From assembly GCF_006345805.1 (NCBI RefSeq), contig NC_042997.1, forward strand, positions 78,926,001 to 78,990,000: DNA of 64,000 nucleotides. Direction: 5' to 3'. The translations under genes and the position numbers were made by a program. The stretch comes from Octopus sinensis. Lineage: Eukaryota. Positions 21,551 through 34,619 of the stretch are shown one piece after another. Position 1 is the stretch's first letter. Each line of letters starts with the position of its first letter. Below the pieces are notes generated by a model, which was not told the DNA's origin, searched no databases, and saw nothing but the letters and a program-made list of their open reading frames with translations.

Positions 21551-23090
21551 TCATCGTCATCATCATTGTTTAATGTCCGTTTTCCATGCTAGCATAGGTT
21601 GGACAGTTCGGCCGGGGTCTGGGAAGCCAGGAGTCTGCACCAGGCTCCAGTCTGATCTGGCAGTTTTCTACAGCTGGATGCCCTTCCTAACGCCAACCGC
21701 TCCGTGAATATAGTGGGTGCCTTTTATGTGTCACTGGCATAGGGGCCAGAGCAGGCTGGCAAACGGCCATGTTCAGTTGGTGCTTTTACGTGTCACCGAC
21801 ACAGACGCCAGTCAGGCGGCGCTGGCATCTGCCACGTTTGGACGGTGCTTTTTACGTGTCACTGGCATGGGTATCTTAACTACAATTTCCATTTGATTTT
21901 TATTTTGATGTTGGTGTTGACGTACTTGACTCAATAGGTCTCTTCAAGAACAGCGGGTCACTCTACGATCCAAGGTTAGCACAGCAGGCCGTCCTGTGAG
22001 CCATGAGCTCACTTCATTTGTCGGGTCTTCACAGTCACAGCATATCTCAGAGGTTTCGGTCTTTGTCATTTCCTCTGTGAGGCCCTACGTGCCACTGGCA
22101 CAGGTATCACAAGTACAATATCTGTACGATTTTTATTTTGATGTTGATGAACTTGACACAATAGGTTTCCTCAAGCACAGCAAGCTGTCCTGCAAGCCAT
22201 GAACTCACTTCATTTGTCGGGTCTTCAAAGTCACAGCATATCTCCAGAGGTCTTGGTCTTTTATCATAGTCTCTGTGAGGCTCAATATATGAAGGTCATG
22301 CTTGACCACCTCGTCCCATGTCTTCCTGAGTCTACCTCTACCCTGGATTCCTTCAACAGTTTGGGAGTGGCTCTCCTTATCCATCCGTAGTACATGACCA
22401 TACCAACGCAAACGTCTTTCCTGCATGCTGCATCCGATGCTTCTTATGTCCAACATTTCTCTCAGGGCGCTTACACTCTGTTATGCATGGACACTGACAT
22501 TACACATCCAGCGGATCATGCTAGCTTCATTTCTTTCGAGCCTACGCATGTCCTCCGCAGTCACAGCCCATGTTTCACTGCCGTGAAGCATGGCAGTTCG
22601 CACACATGCATTGTACAATCTACCGTTCGATCTGAGCGAGAGACCCTTTGTCACCAGTAGGGGAAGAAGCTTCCTAAACTTTGCCCAGGCTATTCTTATT
22701 CTAGTGGTAACACTCTCTGAGCATCCACCCCTGCTACTAACTTGGTCACCTAGGTAGCAGAAACTATCAACTACTTCTAGTTTCTTCTCCAGGAGTGTAA
22801 TGGAATCTGTTTTCTGAGTATCAATGGTGTCTATTGTCCTTGTGCATCTGCTGCACACGAAAGCTATCTTCTTGGTTAATTTTCCTTTGATGTTGCTGCA
22901 CCTCTTATGTGTCTATAGCTTACACTGGGTACATCTTATGGAGTTTCTACAGATTGAGCAGCGCCACCTACCTGAAGGGGTGTGTGGCGAGTTTGCCTTC
23001 CTACTTACTAGAACTTTGGTATATTTTTAATTTCCTCATTTTACATCTTTATAAAGCTATCCCATCTGATCTGGAGGAGCAATTCACCAA
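21551..23090 (-). mobile_element. RTE LINE 3' fragment, older and degenerate
   Basis: ORF 22481..22858 (VDSFCYLGDQVSSRGGCSES...LHGSETWAVTAEDMRRLERNE) matches the peptides from 8251-8870; GRGRLRKTW; same 3' tail and (GAT)n at the 21551 end. Confidence 0.88.
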
Positions 23091-24629
23091 GATCTAGTGT
23101 AACAATGTGGTTAAGAAGTTTGCTTTGCAACCAAATGCTTCTGGGTTTGATCCAATTGTTTGGCATCTTGGGCAAGTATTGCCTCAAGTTAACCAATGCT
23201 TTTTGAGCAAAATGTAGTAAATGGAAACTATGTGAAAGTTTTTATTCTTTTACCTGCTTTGGTCATTGTACTGTGGCCTTGTTGGGACACTGCTCTGAAG
23301 TGTTATCATTTGATCCACAGTAATAAACTACAGTACTTATTTTAGGCTGGTACTTTGTTTCTTTTTGAGGAACTATCAAGTTATGTGGCTGTAAATAAAC
23401 TTCTATTGGTTGTCAAGCAATGAGAGTTGTAAATCTATGCAGTTGTAAATTGAGCTCTTTAACCACACATCTGTGCATGTGATTACTGTATGATGGAATC
23501 TTCTGTAGAAGATGATGTGTGAACGTTCAGTCCCTGCAGAATTACCTGCACAAATAATTTGCTTATATTAATGAAATGTAGGTACTGTACATGGGCTCAC
23601 TCTTTCCATCAAATTGACATTACCTGTGCAGGTGAAGAAGTGTGCTGCATGTCGAATGCTGAAATGATTGCAGAGCAACATGAAATGAAGTGTCTTGCTC
23701 AAGAACACAACATCTCACCAGGTCCAGAAATGAAACCCATTATATAGTGGTCTTTAGTACAATACTAACTGCTAGGCAATGCGCCTTCACCACTGTATAT
23801 CTATACAGATGATAGGCATGAGTCTTATGCAATATAAAATGAAAGTATTTATATATTTCATTTTGTATTTTGTGACTATCATGTTATCAGTTGCAGGTTT
23901 CCAATAACCTTGTCACTGTTGTACAACATCTGACCAAATGTGATTGAAACCACCAGACAACTATATGAGAAAGCAATTAGTACTGCCTACTGTAATAAAA
24001 TGATTGGCAACTATTTTCAAACAACAGTAGGTGTACTTTGAATAACCTGGATACAGCTGGTTGTCAGCAACATAAAAACACACGTATACATGTATTTACA
24101 TATATGATGGGCTTCCAACATTATCTGTTTAGCAAATTCACTCAGTGGTTTGAGGTTATAGTAGAAGACACTTGCCTAAGTTATCACACAGGGCCACACA
24201 ACCATGCTTTTGTATGTGTATGTTTGTGTCTGTATCTATGTTTATATTGTATAATTTATTGGTTTAACACAGTCATCATCATTTTATGTCATTTTTTCAT
24301 ATTTCCAAGAGTTGTTTGGATTTCATGGGACATTGCTTTATGGCTAGGTTCCCTTTCTATCACAAAGCCATTTTTGTCACTTTTTGTAACATGCTATGTA
24401 TCTATGTTGTACTATACTAAAACTAGGTAATCAATAAAGTAAGCACCATACTAAAATACATACTGGGATCCACTTAACCAACTAAAACTCCCAATATAAT
24501 CAACTAAATTTTTGAAGGTATTTTTCCTTGGCATAGCTGCCATCTAGTGACTGAATTCAATAAAAGAATAAAGAATATTAAAATCCTTAAATATAAGAAC
24601 ATGCATGAATTTCTGATTTAATTCTTTTA

Positions 24630-24990
24630 TTTCTTTTACTTGTTTCAGTCATTTGACTGCAGCCATGCAGGATTAAAAACCATTGAAGGGATTTTAATCA
24701 AACAAATCAACCCTAGGACTTAATTTTTAAGACTAGTACTTATTCTATTGGTCTCTTTTGCTGAACCGCTAAGTTATGGGGAAGTAAACACACCAACAGC
24801 AGTTGTCAAGCAATGACCGGGGGACAAACACAGACACAAAGACACACACATAGATATACACATATATATGACAAGCTTTTCAGTTTCCATTCACCAGATC
24901 CACTCACAAGGCTTTGGTTTGAAGACACTTGCCTAAGGTGCCATACAGTGGGACTGAATATGGAACCATGTGGTTGAGAAGCCATGCTTT
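24630..24990 (-). mobile_element. tRNA-derived SINE, CORE-like family
   Basis: Minus strand: B-box-like TTCAGTCCCA, CACCTTAGGCAAGTGTCTTC core, CA/TG microsatellite middle, tail GCATGGCTGCAGTCAAATGACTGAAACAAG. Related copies at ~23095-23420(+), 38110-38380(+), 43170-43320(+), 44390-44760(-), 56665-56985(+), 57000-57170(-), 58010-58450(+). Confidence 0.8.
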
Positions 24991-27325
24991 TTACTTTCTA
25001 TTGTTGGAATTAATGATGGCTTAAAGAATAGATAGCAATAGCAACCTCTTAAAATGAAAAATATAATAGTACATGAAATGCTCTGAAAGAGTGTGGAAAT
25101 ATTAAAAGTTAAGTAAATTGGAGTGTTAAAAATGGACTTTAAATAGAACAGTGTGTTAATTTCAACAGTTGTGTGTATGTATATATATGAACTGATGCAC
25201 ACTAGGTGGTTGAAGACCTAATTTTAGCAGAGCTTATATCACAGTAAACATGCAAAATGATGGTAAAGATAATTGAGGTATCAGTTAAATTAAATAAAAG
25301 CTATTATTTTTTAATGGATTATTATCAAATAATCTCTTGTCTGACTTCAAGAATCATCACTATGTGAAAATGATATTTTTTTTTTATTTATTATTTCAGA
25401 GTCAGAACAGAGAAATTTAATTATAAAAACATTAGAAGTAGGGTGCTTGGTTTGTTAGATTGCTTTAATTAGATATTTTTGTAGGTTAAATCAACTGTCA
25501 ATTTTTGCCACCATCCAGAAAAGTATATTTCTATTATTACTAGTATTATTATTGTAATTGCTTTTTATTAGTTTTTGTTTTGGTTGTTTTCTTTTTTTTT
25601 ATGTTATAAAAATGATGTTTACATTAGGATACCAGTTTACAGCTGGTAACATTCTCAGAAAATCTTGTGCTTATTCTCTACAATTTGTTAAGTTTACTAC
25701 TTAGGAAAAAAAAAGTCTGCAACAGATCTAAACTTTCAGTCTGGCTAAATAATTAAGAAGTTTGTTTTGCAATTATGTACTTCAGGGTTTGATCCCACTG
25801 CATGACAGACATAGCTGTGGCTTCACCGATCCCTTGTGAGTGATATTTGATAGACAGAAACTGTAGAAGGTTATTGTTAGGTATTTGCATTTTATTTAGA
25901 AATTATGGAGTGAACATCCATGAAACCCAATTTGTTGTTATTTTGACATCTTACAGGAAAGTTTTTGTATACCATTTATATTGTTTGGTATATAAAGTTA
26001 GCAATGTGCTTAAATTCATTTTAAAAAAAGTATTTTTATTGAGAAATCCCCCTCCCGCTAAAGTGAAAGAGAAAGAAGTAATGCAAAAGAGAACACAAGA
26101 TAAAATCAGAGAAAATGGAATAGAAAGATAGAGAATGAGAGAGAGATAGGGAAAAAGGAAAGTGGTTGTTGTGGGTAATGATATACAGATACATAGAGAG
26201 AAGGAAGGAAAGTGCTTTCAATCAACTTGTCTGTTGTTGAACTAATGTAAGTGCCTCCCTATATTCTCTTGGCCTACTAGAAATAATTCCCAAGTCTTTC
26301 TTATCACACCATTATAGTACAAAAATATAGGAATGATACAGAAGATAATTTAGGCCTTCAGATAATATGCATTAAAAAAAGTTAAAAAAACATGGGGTGG
26401 TTACGGATAGAATGTCTTTCAGGATAAGCTCGATCAATCAGTGCTGAAAGTGAGGCTAAACAAAAGCTTGGGTAAAGAAATGAGAGTGAGCATCTGTGTG
26501 ATTGTCTCGACTTGCTAGAAATAGCTGCTAATTCTTTCTCAAATCAAACCCTTCTGGCCTGAATCCTTATTTAATGTCTTTTTTCCATGTTGGTATGCAT
26601 GAGTTGGATAGTTGAACAAGAGCTGGTAAGGCCAGGGGTCACACTAGGCTCCATTGTAGATAGATGTTTCTCTTACATTACATCCTTATGCTACCTTGAT
26701 ACAATACCTGAGCATTGCAGAGTACCTTTGCTCGTATACCCACATACAAACACACACATGTATCACTATGCTTGTGATACAGACATGTATCACTAAGGAT
26801 ATCTTGGTAGCATGTACCAACCATGTGCAGAAACCCTTTCAGCACTGTCACCTATGATCCAGTGGAACATTTAGGATGTGACAGCTGGAAAGATAGAGAG
26901 CTACACCAGTACTTGGCTGGTGTTCATAACATCTGAGTAGAGTAGAGCAACAGGAAATGAAGTGTCTTACTCAAAAGTCAATGGGCCACCCAGTCTTGGA
27001 ATCAAACTTGCAATCTTATGGTAGCACGTGGTGATTTCCGTTAGCTTTGGTGACATGATAAATTGAACTGTCTATGACTGCAAATTACTACTGTTTTTTT
27101 AAATAGTGTGGTCAAGACTTGTTATCTATAGGAATGGCTGTAGTAGTCCAATAACTAGCAGCAGTAATAATAATAGTCATCGTGGTAAAGTTGTTCCCCC
27201 TGGGGTTTTAATAGAAATCGGGTTCTTTGACCCCTTGTCTTTATTTCTTATGAATAACTTGCATATCCATATATATATATACATATACACACACACATAT
27301 ACACACACTCATATATATATATATA

Positions 27326-28905
27326 GTCTCCCGCCTCCCTTTTCCCCTCACTTACCACCCCACGACCCTACGTCTCCAACGCACCATTCTTCGAGCTTTC
27401 CGTCATCTCCAGTCCGACCCGTCCACTTCACACCTCTTCCCTAACCGACCCCTCCCCTCTTTCAAACGAGCCCACAACCTTCGAGACCTTTTGGTACATA
27501 GCTCCTTCCCTGACCCTACCTCCCAACCCGGCTCGTTCCCCTGCTCCCGCCCACGTTGCCGCACTTGCCCTTACCTCTCCAACACCACCCGCCTCACTAG
27601 CACCCACCATCGACCCTATCCCATCATCCACTCCTTCACCTGCACCTCCAGCAATATTATCTATTGCATCTCTTGCTCTCTCTGCAATTCCTTGTACATC
27701 GGACAAACGGGACGCCGCTTGGCTGACCGGTTCGCGGAACACCTTCGTGACATCCACCTTGCGAACGACACACCGGTCTCACGCCATTTCCGCTCCACCG
27801 GTCACTCCTTGCAACACCTATCTGTGTTCGGTTTGTCCTTACACAGAGGCCATCCGGATTCCCGTTTGCGCCGTGAACAGGAATTAATCTTCTCTCTTCG
27901 CTCTTATACGCCATTTGGTCTCAACTCTCCCCCCCTCCTCATCTAACCCCCCTCTCCCACCTCCTCACCTATCCTTTCTCCCCCCGACCCCTACTTCTTC
28001 AGTCCTTCATCCTTTCACCCCTACTCGCCTTCCCTTCTTCCCTCTTTCTCCCTCCCTCTTCCCCTTCCTCTGCTCCCTCACTCCCTCTTCCCCCCCCTTC
28101 CTTCTCTCCTCCTTCATCCCCCTCCTCCCCTTCCTTCTCCCCCTCCCCCTCTTCTCCCCCCCTCTTCTCCCCCTCCCTCTCTTCTCCCCCTCCCCTCTTC
28201 TCCTCACTACACCACATGACTTTACACATCACATCACATATGATGTGCCATACTAATACACACACCAACTAATACATACTAATACGTACTAATACATACT
28301 AGTACATACTAATACTTACACCAACCCTATACATACACACGTCCAGACCCCGCATACGCACTTATACTCTCTCACACACACACACACACATACCTATACA
28401 TACCAATACGTACTAATACATACTAATACATACTAATACATACACCAACCCCATACATACGCATGTCCAGACCAATCTTACGCACTAATACTCTCTCATA
28501 CACACACACACACACCCTTATACATACTAATACATACACCAACCCTATACATACACCAACCCTATACATACACACATCCAGACCCCTCCCACGCACTTTT
28601 AGCTGGTCCCTCAACCCATTTATCAACCCTATTATCTCCCCTTATTTCGCTCTCGCATCTCATGTTTGATCTTTGACCTCTGGCCGAAATCAGATCGCCA
28701 TGTTGATTCGCTAGCTACTGCACGCATTTTTTTTCTCTCCTTCTTTCTGTGTTTTTCTCTCTCTGTGTATCTTTCTGTTGAAGAGCGTAGGCTCGAAACG
28801 TTAAAGACTTGTTTTATTATATTTCCTGAGCGCCATACTAATACAATTGTTCGTTTGTTTTCCACCTGCCTTCGTCTTTTGTTTATTTTCATAAAGCTTC
28901 CCGTT
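27326..28905 (+). mobile_element. Penelope-like element, 3' part (linker, GIY-YIG endonuclease, pseudo-LTR-like tail)
   Basis: Open frame 27326-27946: PLTYHP..., FKRAHNLRDLLVHS, CSRPRCRTC, IIYCISCSLCNSLYIGQTGRRLADRFAEH, REQELIFSLRSYTPFGLN; flanked by TA microsatellites. Confidence 0.93.
28770..28807 (+). ncRNA. Minimal type I hammerhead ribozyme motif with a variant core
   Basis: Stem I UCUUU/AAAGA; core CUGUUGA plus an extra A; stem II GAGC-GUAG-GCUC; GAAA; palindromic ACGU in place of stem III; predicted cleavage after U28802. Confidence 0.6.
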
Positions 28906-28926
28906 ATATATATATATATATATATA

Positions 28927-31348
28927 CGAAAGAAGGTTTGAAAATGCAATTTAAAAGATGTTTATTTACTTTACCGGTTTCACTCTTTGGAAAAAGATTG
29001 TCAAAAGTAACATGTGGAAGTTTGGTTGCGTTAATTATTGGTTGTTGCAAATTGCTACATTACATATATATATACAGTCTTTGGTAACAGGGACATGTTG
29101 AGGACGTAAAAAAGTTCAACAAGTTCCTTAAAATATTGGGCACAAAAGATTACATAAATAATCGTTCTCAAGGACATACTTAAGATAGTTTCCAGAGGAA
29201 TTGATATTGGTACTGTATCTGTATATTCAAACATGCACAGAATATTGGTTGACACAGAGTACTATAATCCATATAAATATACAGTCTTTGGTGACAACAG
29301 TATGTTGAGAATATAAAAAAGTTTAACAAGCTCATTGAAATAATGGGCAGAAAGATTAAAACAAATATATTATACATCTCGCCTGGCCCTCGTGCCGGTG
29401 GCACATAAAAAGCACCATCCGTTCGTGGCCGTTTGCCAGCTCTGTCTGGCACCAGTGCGGGTGGCACGTAAAAAGCACCCACTACACTCACGGAGTGGTT
29501 GGCGTTAGGAAGGGCATCCAGCCGTAGAAACACTGCCAGATTTGACTGGGCCTGATGAAGCCTTCTGGCTTCACAGACCCCAGTAGAACCGTCCAACCCA
29601 TGCTAGCATGGAAAACGGACGCTAAATGATGATGATGATGATGATGATGATCTCAGGGTAATTTCCATGAGGAATTATTAAAAAAAGTTCAGTATACACA
29701 TACAGAATATTATGAGTTCAAAAAGATTTACATTATTATAGTGGTGAAGTTAAAACTAACCTGTCCGTTTTAGGAGAAATGTGGAATTGAAAAGAATGTA
29801 CCCTTTTTTTTCTTTTTTTGGCTCTCCTTCAAGCATCAATGATTTTGGGGTCAGGATGAGGTGAGTATGTGTGTCTTTGTGTGTATGTGTGTGTGTGCAT
29901 ACATACATATGTGGTGTGAATAGATGTGTGTGTGTCTGTAATATTTGGTAGGAAGGTGTCTGTTTGTCAACCACGTGTGTGGTTGTCATGGTGTTGTGTG
30001 TGTGTGTGCGTGTGTATGCATGTATGTGTGTGGATGGCATTTGACATGGTGCTGCGTGTGTATATGTGTGTCTGTATGGAGGTGTGAGTGTGTATGTCCC
30101 TGTGTGTGTGCATATACATGTATACATGTGTCTGTGTGTGTGTGGGGGCTGTTTTTGATTGGTTCCAGGGTGGTGTAAATAGATGTGTGTTGTTTAAAGA
30201 ATTTTTAGGGGTAGGATGGCATGTGAACAGACACATGCACACTGGCACACGCGCAGCACATTAATGGACATTAACCACACACATATGCGCACACACGCGC
30301 ACACGGGCGGGCACACATATACACACACCATCCTACCCCCAAAAATTCTTTAAACAACACACATCTATTTACACCACCCTGGAACCAATCAAAAACAGCC
30401 CCCACACACACACAGACACATGTATACATGTATATGCACACACACAGGGACATACACACTCACACCTCCATACAGACACACATATACACACGCAGCACCA
30501 TGTCAAATGCCATCCACACACATACATGCATACACACGCACACACACACACACAACACCATGACAACCACGCACGCGGTTGACAAACAGACACCTTCCTA
30601 CCAAATATTACAGACACACACACATCTATTCACACCACATATGTATGTATGCACACACACATACACACAAAGACACACATACTCACCTCATCCTGACCCC
30701 AAAATCATTGATGCTTGAAGGAGAGCCAAAATAAGAAAAAAAAGGGTACATTCTTTTCAATTCCACATTTCTCCTAAAACGGACAGGTTAGTTTTAACTT
30801 CACCACTATAATAATGTAAATCTTTTTGAACTCATAATATTCTGTATGTGTATACTGAACTTTTTTTAATAATTCCTCATGGAAATTACCCTGAGATGTA
30901 TAATATATTTGTTTTAATCTTTCTGCCCATTATTTCAATGAGCTTGTTAAACTTTTTTATATTCTCAACATACTGTTGTCACCAAAGACTGTATATTTAT
31001 ATGGATTATAGTACTCTGTGTCAACCAATATTCTGTGCATGTTTGAATATACAGATACAGTACCAATATCAATTCCTCTGGAAACTATCTTAAGTATGTC
31101 CTTGAGAACGATTATTTATGTAATCTTTTGTGCCCAATATTTTAAGGAACTTGTTGAACTTTTTTATGTCCTTAACATGTCCCTGTTACCAAAGACTGTA
31201 TATATATATATGTAATGTAGCAATTTGCAACAACCAATAATTAACGCAACCAAACTTCCACATGTTACTTTTGACAATCTTTTTCCAAAGAGTGAAACCG
31301 GTAAAGTAAATAAACATCTTTTAAATTGCATTTTCAAACCTTCTTTCG
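28927..31348. mobile_element. Foldback-type element: ~1.0-kb inverted arms, 108-bp spacer, TA flanks
   Basis: 28927-30219 (minus the 29381-29649 insertion) is the reverse complement of 30328-31348. Mirrored ORFs (29055..29255 and 31018..31215; 29756..30127 and 30428..30718) confirm this. Confidence 0.93.
29381..29649 (+). mobile_element. RTE 3'-tail insertion with 5-bp TSD (ATCTC)
   Basis: The uninterrupted opposite arm supplies the empty site. Same tail as 9990-10162. Similar tail-only copies at ~18040-18180(+), 31416-31740(-), 32330-32520(+), 42835-43050(-), 47120-47260(-), 55851-56391(+). Confidence 0.9.
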
Positions 31349-31764
31349 TATATAATTCCACTCGTGCGGTACCCCACAACTCCACTTTGTTATATATATA
31401 TATATATATATATATTATCATCATCGTTTAACATCCACTTTCCATGCTAGCATGGGTTGGACGATTTGACTGAGGACTGGCAAACCAGATGGCAGCACCA
31501 GGCTCCAATCTGTCTGGCAGAGTTTCTACAGCTGGATGCCCTTCCTAACGCCAACCATTCCGAGAGTGTAGTGGGTGCTTTTATGTGCCACCGGCACGAG
31601 GGCCAGTTTGGCGGTACTGGCAATAGCCACGCTCAAATGGTGTTTTTTACATGCCACCTGCACAGGAGCCAGACCAGCAACACTGGCAGTGACCTCAACG
31701 CTGGTAACGATCATGATCAAATGGTGCTTTTTACGTGCCAAATAATAATAATAGTAATAAAAGT

Positions 31765-31950
31765 TGGTGAGCTGGAAGTGATGTTAGGGTGCCAGGCGAA
31801 ATGCTTAGTGGTATTTTGTCTGCCGTAACGTTCTGACTTCAAACTCCACCGAGGCCAACCCTGCTCCCCCCCCATCCCATCGGGGTTGATTAAATAAGTA
31901 TCAGTTACGCACTGGGGTTGATGTAATCAACTTAATCCCTTTGTCTGTCC
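31765..31950 (+). mobile_element. Short tRNA-derived SINE (Nin-like central domain)
   Basis: GAGCTGG head, TTCAAACTCCACCGAGG box, then ATAAGTATCAGT...CTGGGGTTGATGTAATCAAC. Related copies at ~40690-40875(-) and ~37730-37850(+). The domain name is from recall. Confidence 0.65.
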
Positions 31951-32674
31951 TTGTGTATATATATATATATAATAGAGCACTAGTGTATTGAAAGAAAAGT
32001 TAGGCATAAGAGGAATTAGATGCTGGATTGGTCATGTGATGTGTATGGATGTAGACAGTTGCATAAAGTAGTGCTGATCACTTAAAGTGGATGAGACTTG
32101 TAGAAGAGAGAGATCCAGGAAGACATGGGACAAAGTACTGAAGGCCAATCTCAGGACACTGAGCCTTATAAAAGAGATGACAAAGGACGGGATATTTGGC
32201 TCCTTGCTGTTATCAAGACCTGTCCACCACAGCAGAATTGATATCCTAAAACTACCTTGATTAATGCTCCCCTCCTAGCTGAAGTTGCTGCAAGTTACTC
32301 AGTTACCCTGTCTGTGCTAGTACCACGTGAAAAGTACTGGTATCATGTAAAAAATACCCAATACACCCTATAAAGTGGTTGGCATTAGGAAGGGCATCAA
32401 GCTGTAGAAATCATGCAAAAACAGACAATAGAGCCTGGTGTGGCTCCTGGCCATACCAGCTCACATAACCATCCAACCCATGTCTGCCAACATGGAAAAC
32501 AGACATTAAATGATGATAGACATGTTACATGTATTGGAAATACAGGTTTGATCTGTAATCAGGCACAAAGTTTTAGCTGTCAGTAAAATACTTAGAAAAT
32601 TATTATTTATTTATTTATTAAATTTCTGAGCTACCTGTTGAAGAGTATCTGACAGGTGATCATGTGTTACTAAA

Positions 32675-32836
32675 CCCTTTTGTTACTGTATATATTTTGA
32701 GATGCTCTGTGTTTCTTTCAATTACTTTAATTATAACAAAGAATTTAGTAAAATAACTTAGTTAATCATTCAGCTAGTTTTAGGTCAATAAATTGTGACT
32801 AAGGTATGGTGGAAGATTTTATTGGTAACAAAAGGG
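32675..32836. mobile_element. piggyBac MITE (162 bp)
   Basis: TIRs CCCTTTTGTTAC/GTAACAAAAGGG; right flank TTAA, left flank TAAA. Confidence 0.8.
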
Positions 32837-32953
32837 TTAAAGGATATCTTACTTGCATAAGTTATATTGAGTAAAAGCAGGTTTTGTAGAATTTAATGGA
32901 TTTTATACATAACTTTTGACTTATAACTAGTCACTCCAGCTTGAAATGATGTA

Positions 32954-33045
32954 CAGTACTGGACCTATTATTTGGTTTCCAGAAATCTTGTAATATTGTA
33001 CAATATTTCAAGATTTCTGGAAACCAAATAATAGGTCCAGTACTG
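32954..33045. mobile_element. 92-bp spacerless palindromic MITE (TA flanks, CAGT ends)
   Basis: 32950-33049 is a 100-bp palindrome with a single T/T mismatch. Confidence 0.8.
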
Positions 33046-33049
33046 TACA

Positions 33050-33483
33050 AATGGATTGGATGAAATGATGAGTGAACTTGGAATTAAACAACCGAGATTG
33101 GTTAACAGGGACAGGCCAATTCTCTTGCAAGACAATGCTCAACAACATGTTTCAAAAAGAATGCTACTCAAGTTGTAGGAACTGAACTTGAAAGTACTCT
33201 GTCATCCACCATATTCACCATACTTTGCACCCGACTGACTATCACATTTTCCAGGTATTAGACTACTTTTTGCAAGGAAAAAACTTCAAATCTGAAGATG
33301 CAAAAACAGCCTTTTGTGATTTCATCATTTTTGCTCCCCAGAATTCTTTAAGCTACCAATAAAATGGCAAAATTGTGTGGATAATTTAGTTGCAAACTTT
33401 GATTAAATGCATTGCTTTTTGTTGAGATAATGTAAAATAAATTTTCAGTTCAAAATTGGACATTTCATTCTTAATAACCTGAT
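33050..33483 (+). pseudogene. Mariner transposase C-terminal fragment
   Basis: Read by eye: RLVNRDRPILLQDNAQQH...LCHPPYSP...DYHIF...KWQNCV, with stops and frameshifts. Confidence 0.75.
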
Positions 33484-34619
33484 ATTTTAAATATATATTT
33501 AGACTATCTCCAGAAAACTGGAAAGTTCAGAAATCCAGGATCTTAAATGGTCCAGTATTGTATTAGGTAATATTAGAGAAATAATACAGGCTCATCAAAT
33601 TAGGTTTTGCTTTGAGGGAATTTGGAAATTTTAGACTTTTACTGTGATGAAATGAGTTGTCAGCAACATTAAAAGTGGATACATGAGAATGTATTTAGAG
33701 AATTCTATCTTGAATTAAAAAATACATTGAAACTAGTGTACAGTCAGTCAATTGTATGACATCAGTTTTGAAATATTTGGCCTGAATTGGAACAATGCAT
33801 TTTCCATAGAGTTTCAAATTTAGATAAAATATGAAATATTGCATTTCACTGATAATAATTTGATACAGATTTTTAATCTTTATCTCTTATTTCAGCTCTC
33901 TCTCTGTCTGTCTGTTTCTCTAGTATCACTACCATCAACATTTAACATCTGTTTTCCATGCTGGCATGGGTTGGACAATTGGCCCACACATACAAACCTT
34001 TCTTTTACTCTGTCTTTTTCCTCTCTCTCTTTCAAACTTGCAGTAACAATGAATCAGTTTTACATAATGCATCTTACATTCTCTAAAATAACATATCTAA
34101 TTTTATTGTCACCATTAATATATGTCACTCAATACCCTGAAAATGATATTTAAAGATAAAATAACACTTCCGTTTTTCTAGCTATCCTCTGTGCAATTCA
34201 TCATTAAGGCATGTAAACAGCACCTAATTAACTTGCTTCAGATTTCATTAATGACATATTGCATTCCCATTACTAGTCTTAGTTAATAAAATTGATGATT
34301 TTTTGCTTTTTAAAATTATTTTTGTATGATACTGTTTAGAAAATAATTTAATGTTAAAATTTTTGCTTTGATTGTAATCCCAATCACAAATCTAATGGAG
34401 TATATGTGTAAGAAGCAGAAGTGAGATTTACTAATTGTTCAACATTAATTTACAAGAATAACTGAGCTTAAATGCAACTGGACAGCAACAATGATCTTGG
34501 CATGTTTTTCAAAAGAAAGTTTAATGAAGTGTGCAGTTAGTTGAGGTGGAACATATCTGAAGCTATAGTAACACGTACTACTAATTCAATCAATATTCTC
34601 CTGCATTACTGAAGAATTT

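Noticed and set aside
27106-27444. 112-aa Ser/Asn/Pro-rich ORF as the pre-LIM exon
   Set aside because: It runs through a microsatellite into an off-frame reading of the Penelope element, with no convincing splice sites or homology.
27428-28268. Gly/Glu/Arg-rich minus-strand ORFs
   Set aside because: Antisense of the Penelope ORF and its C/T-rich low-complexity tail.
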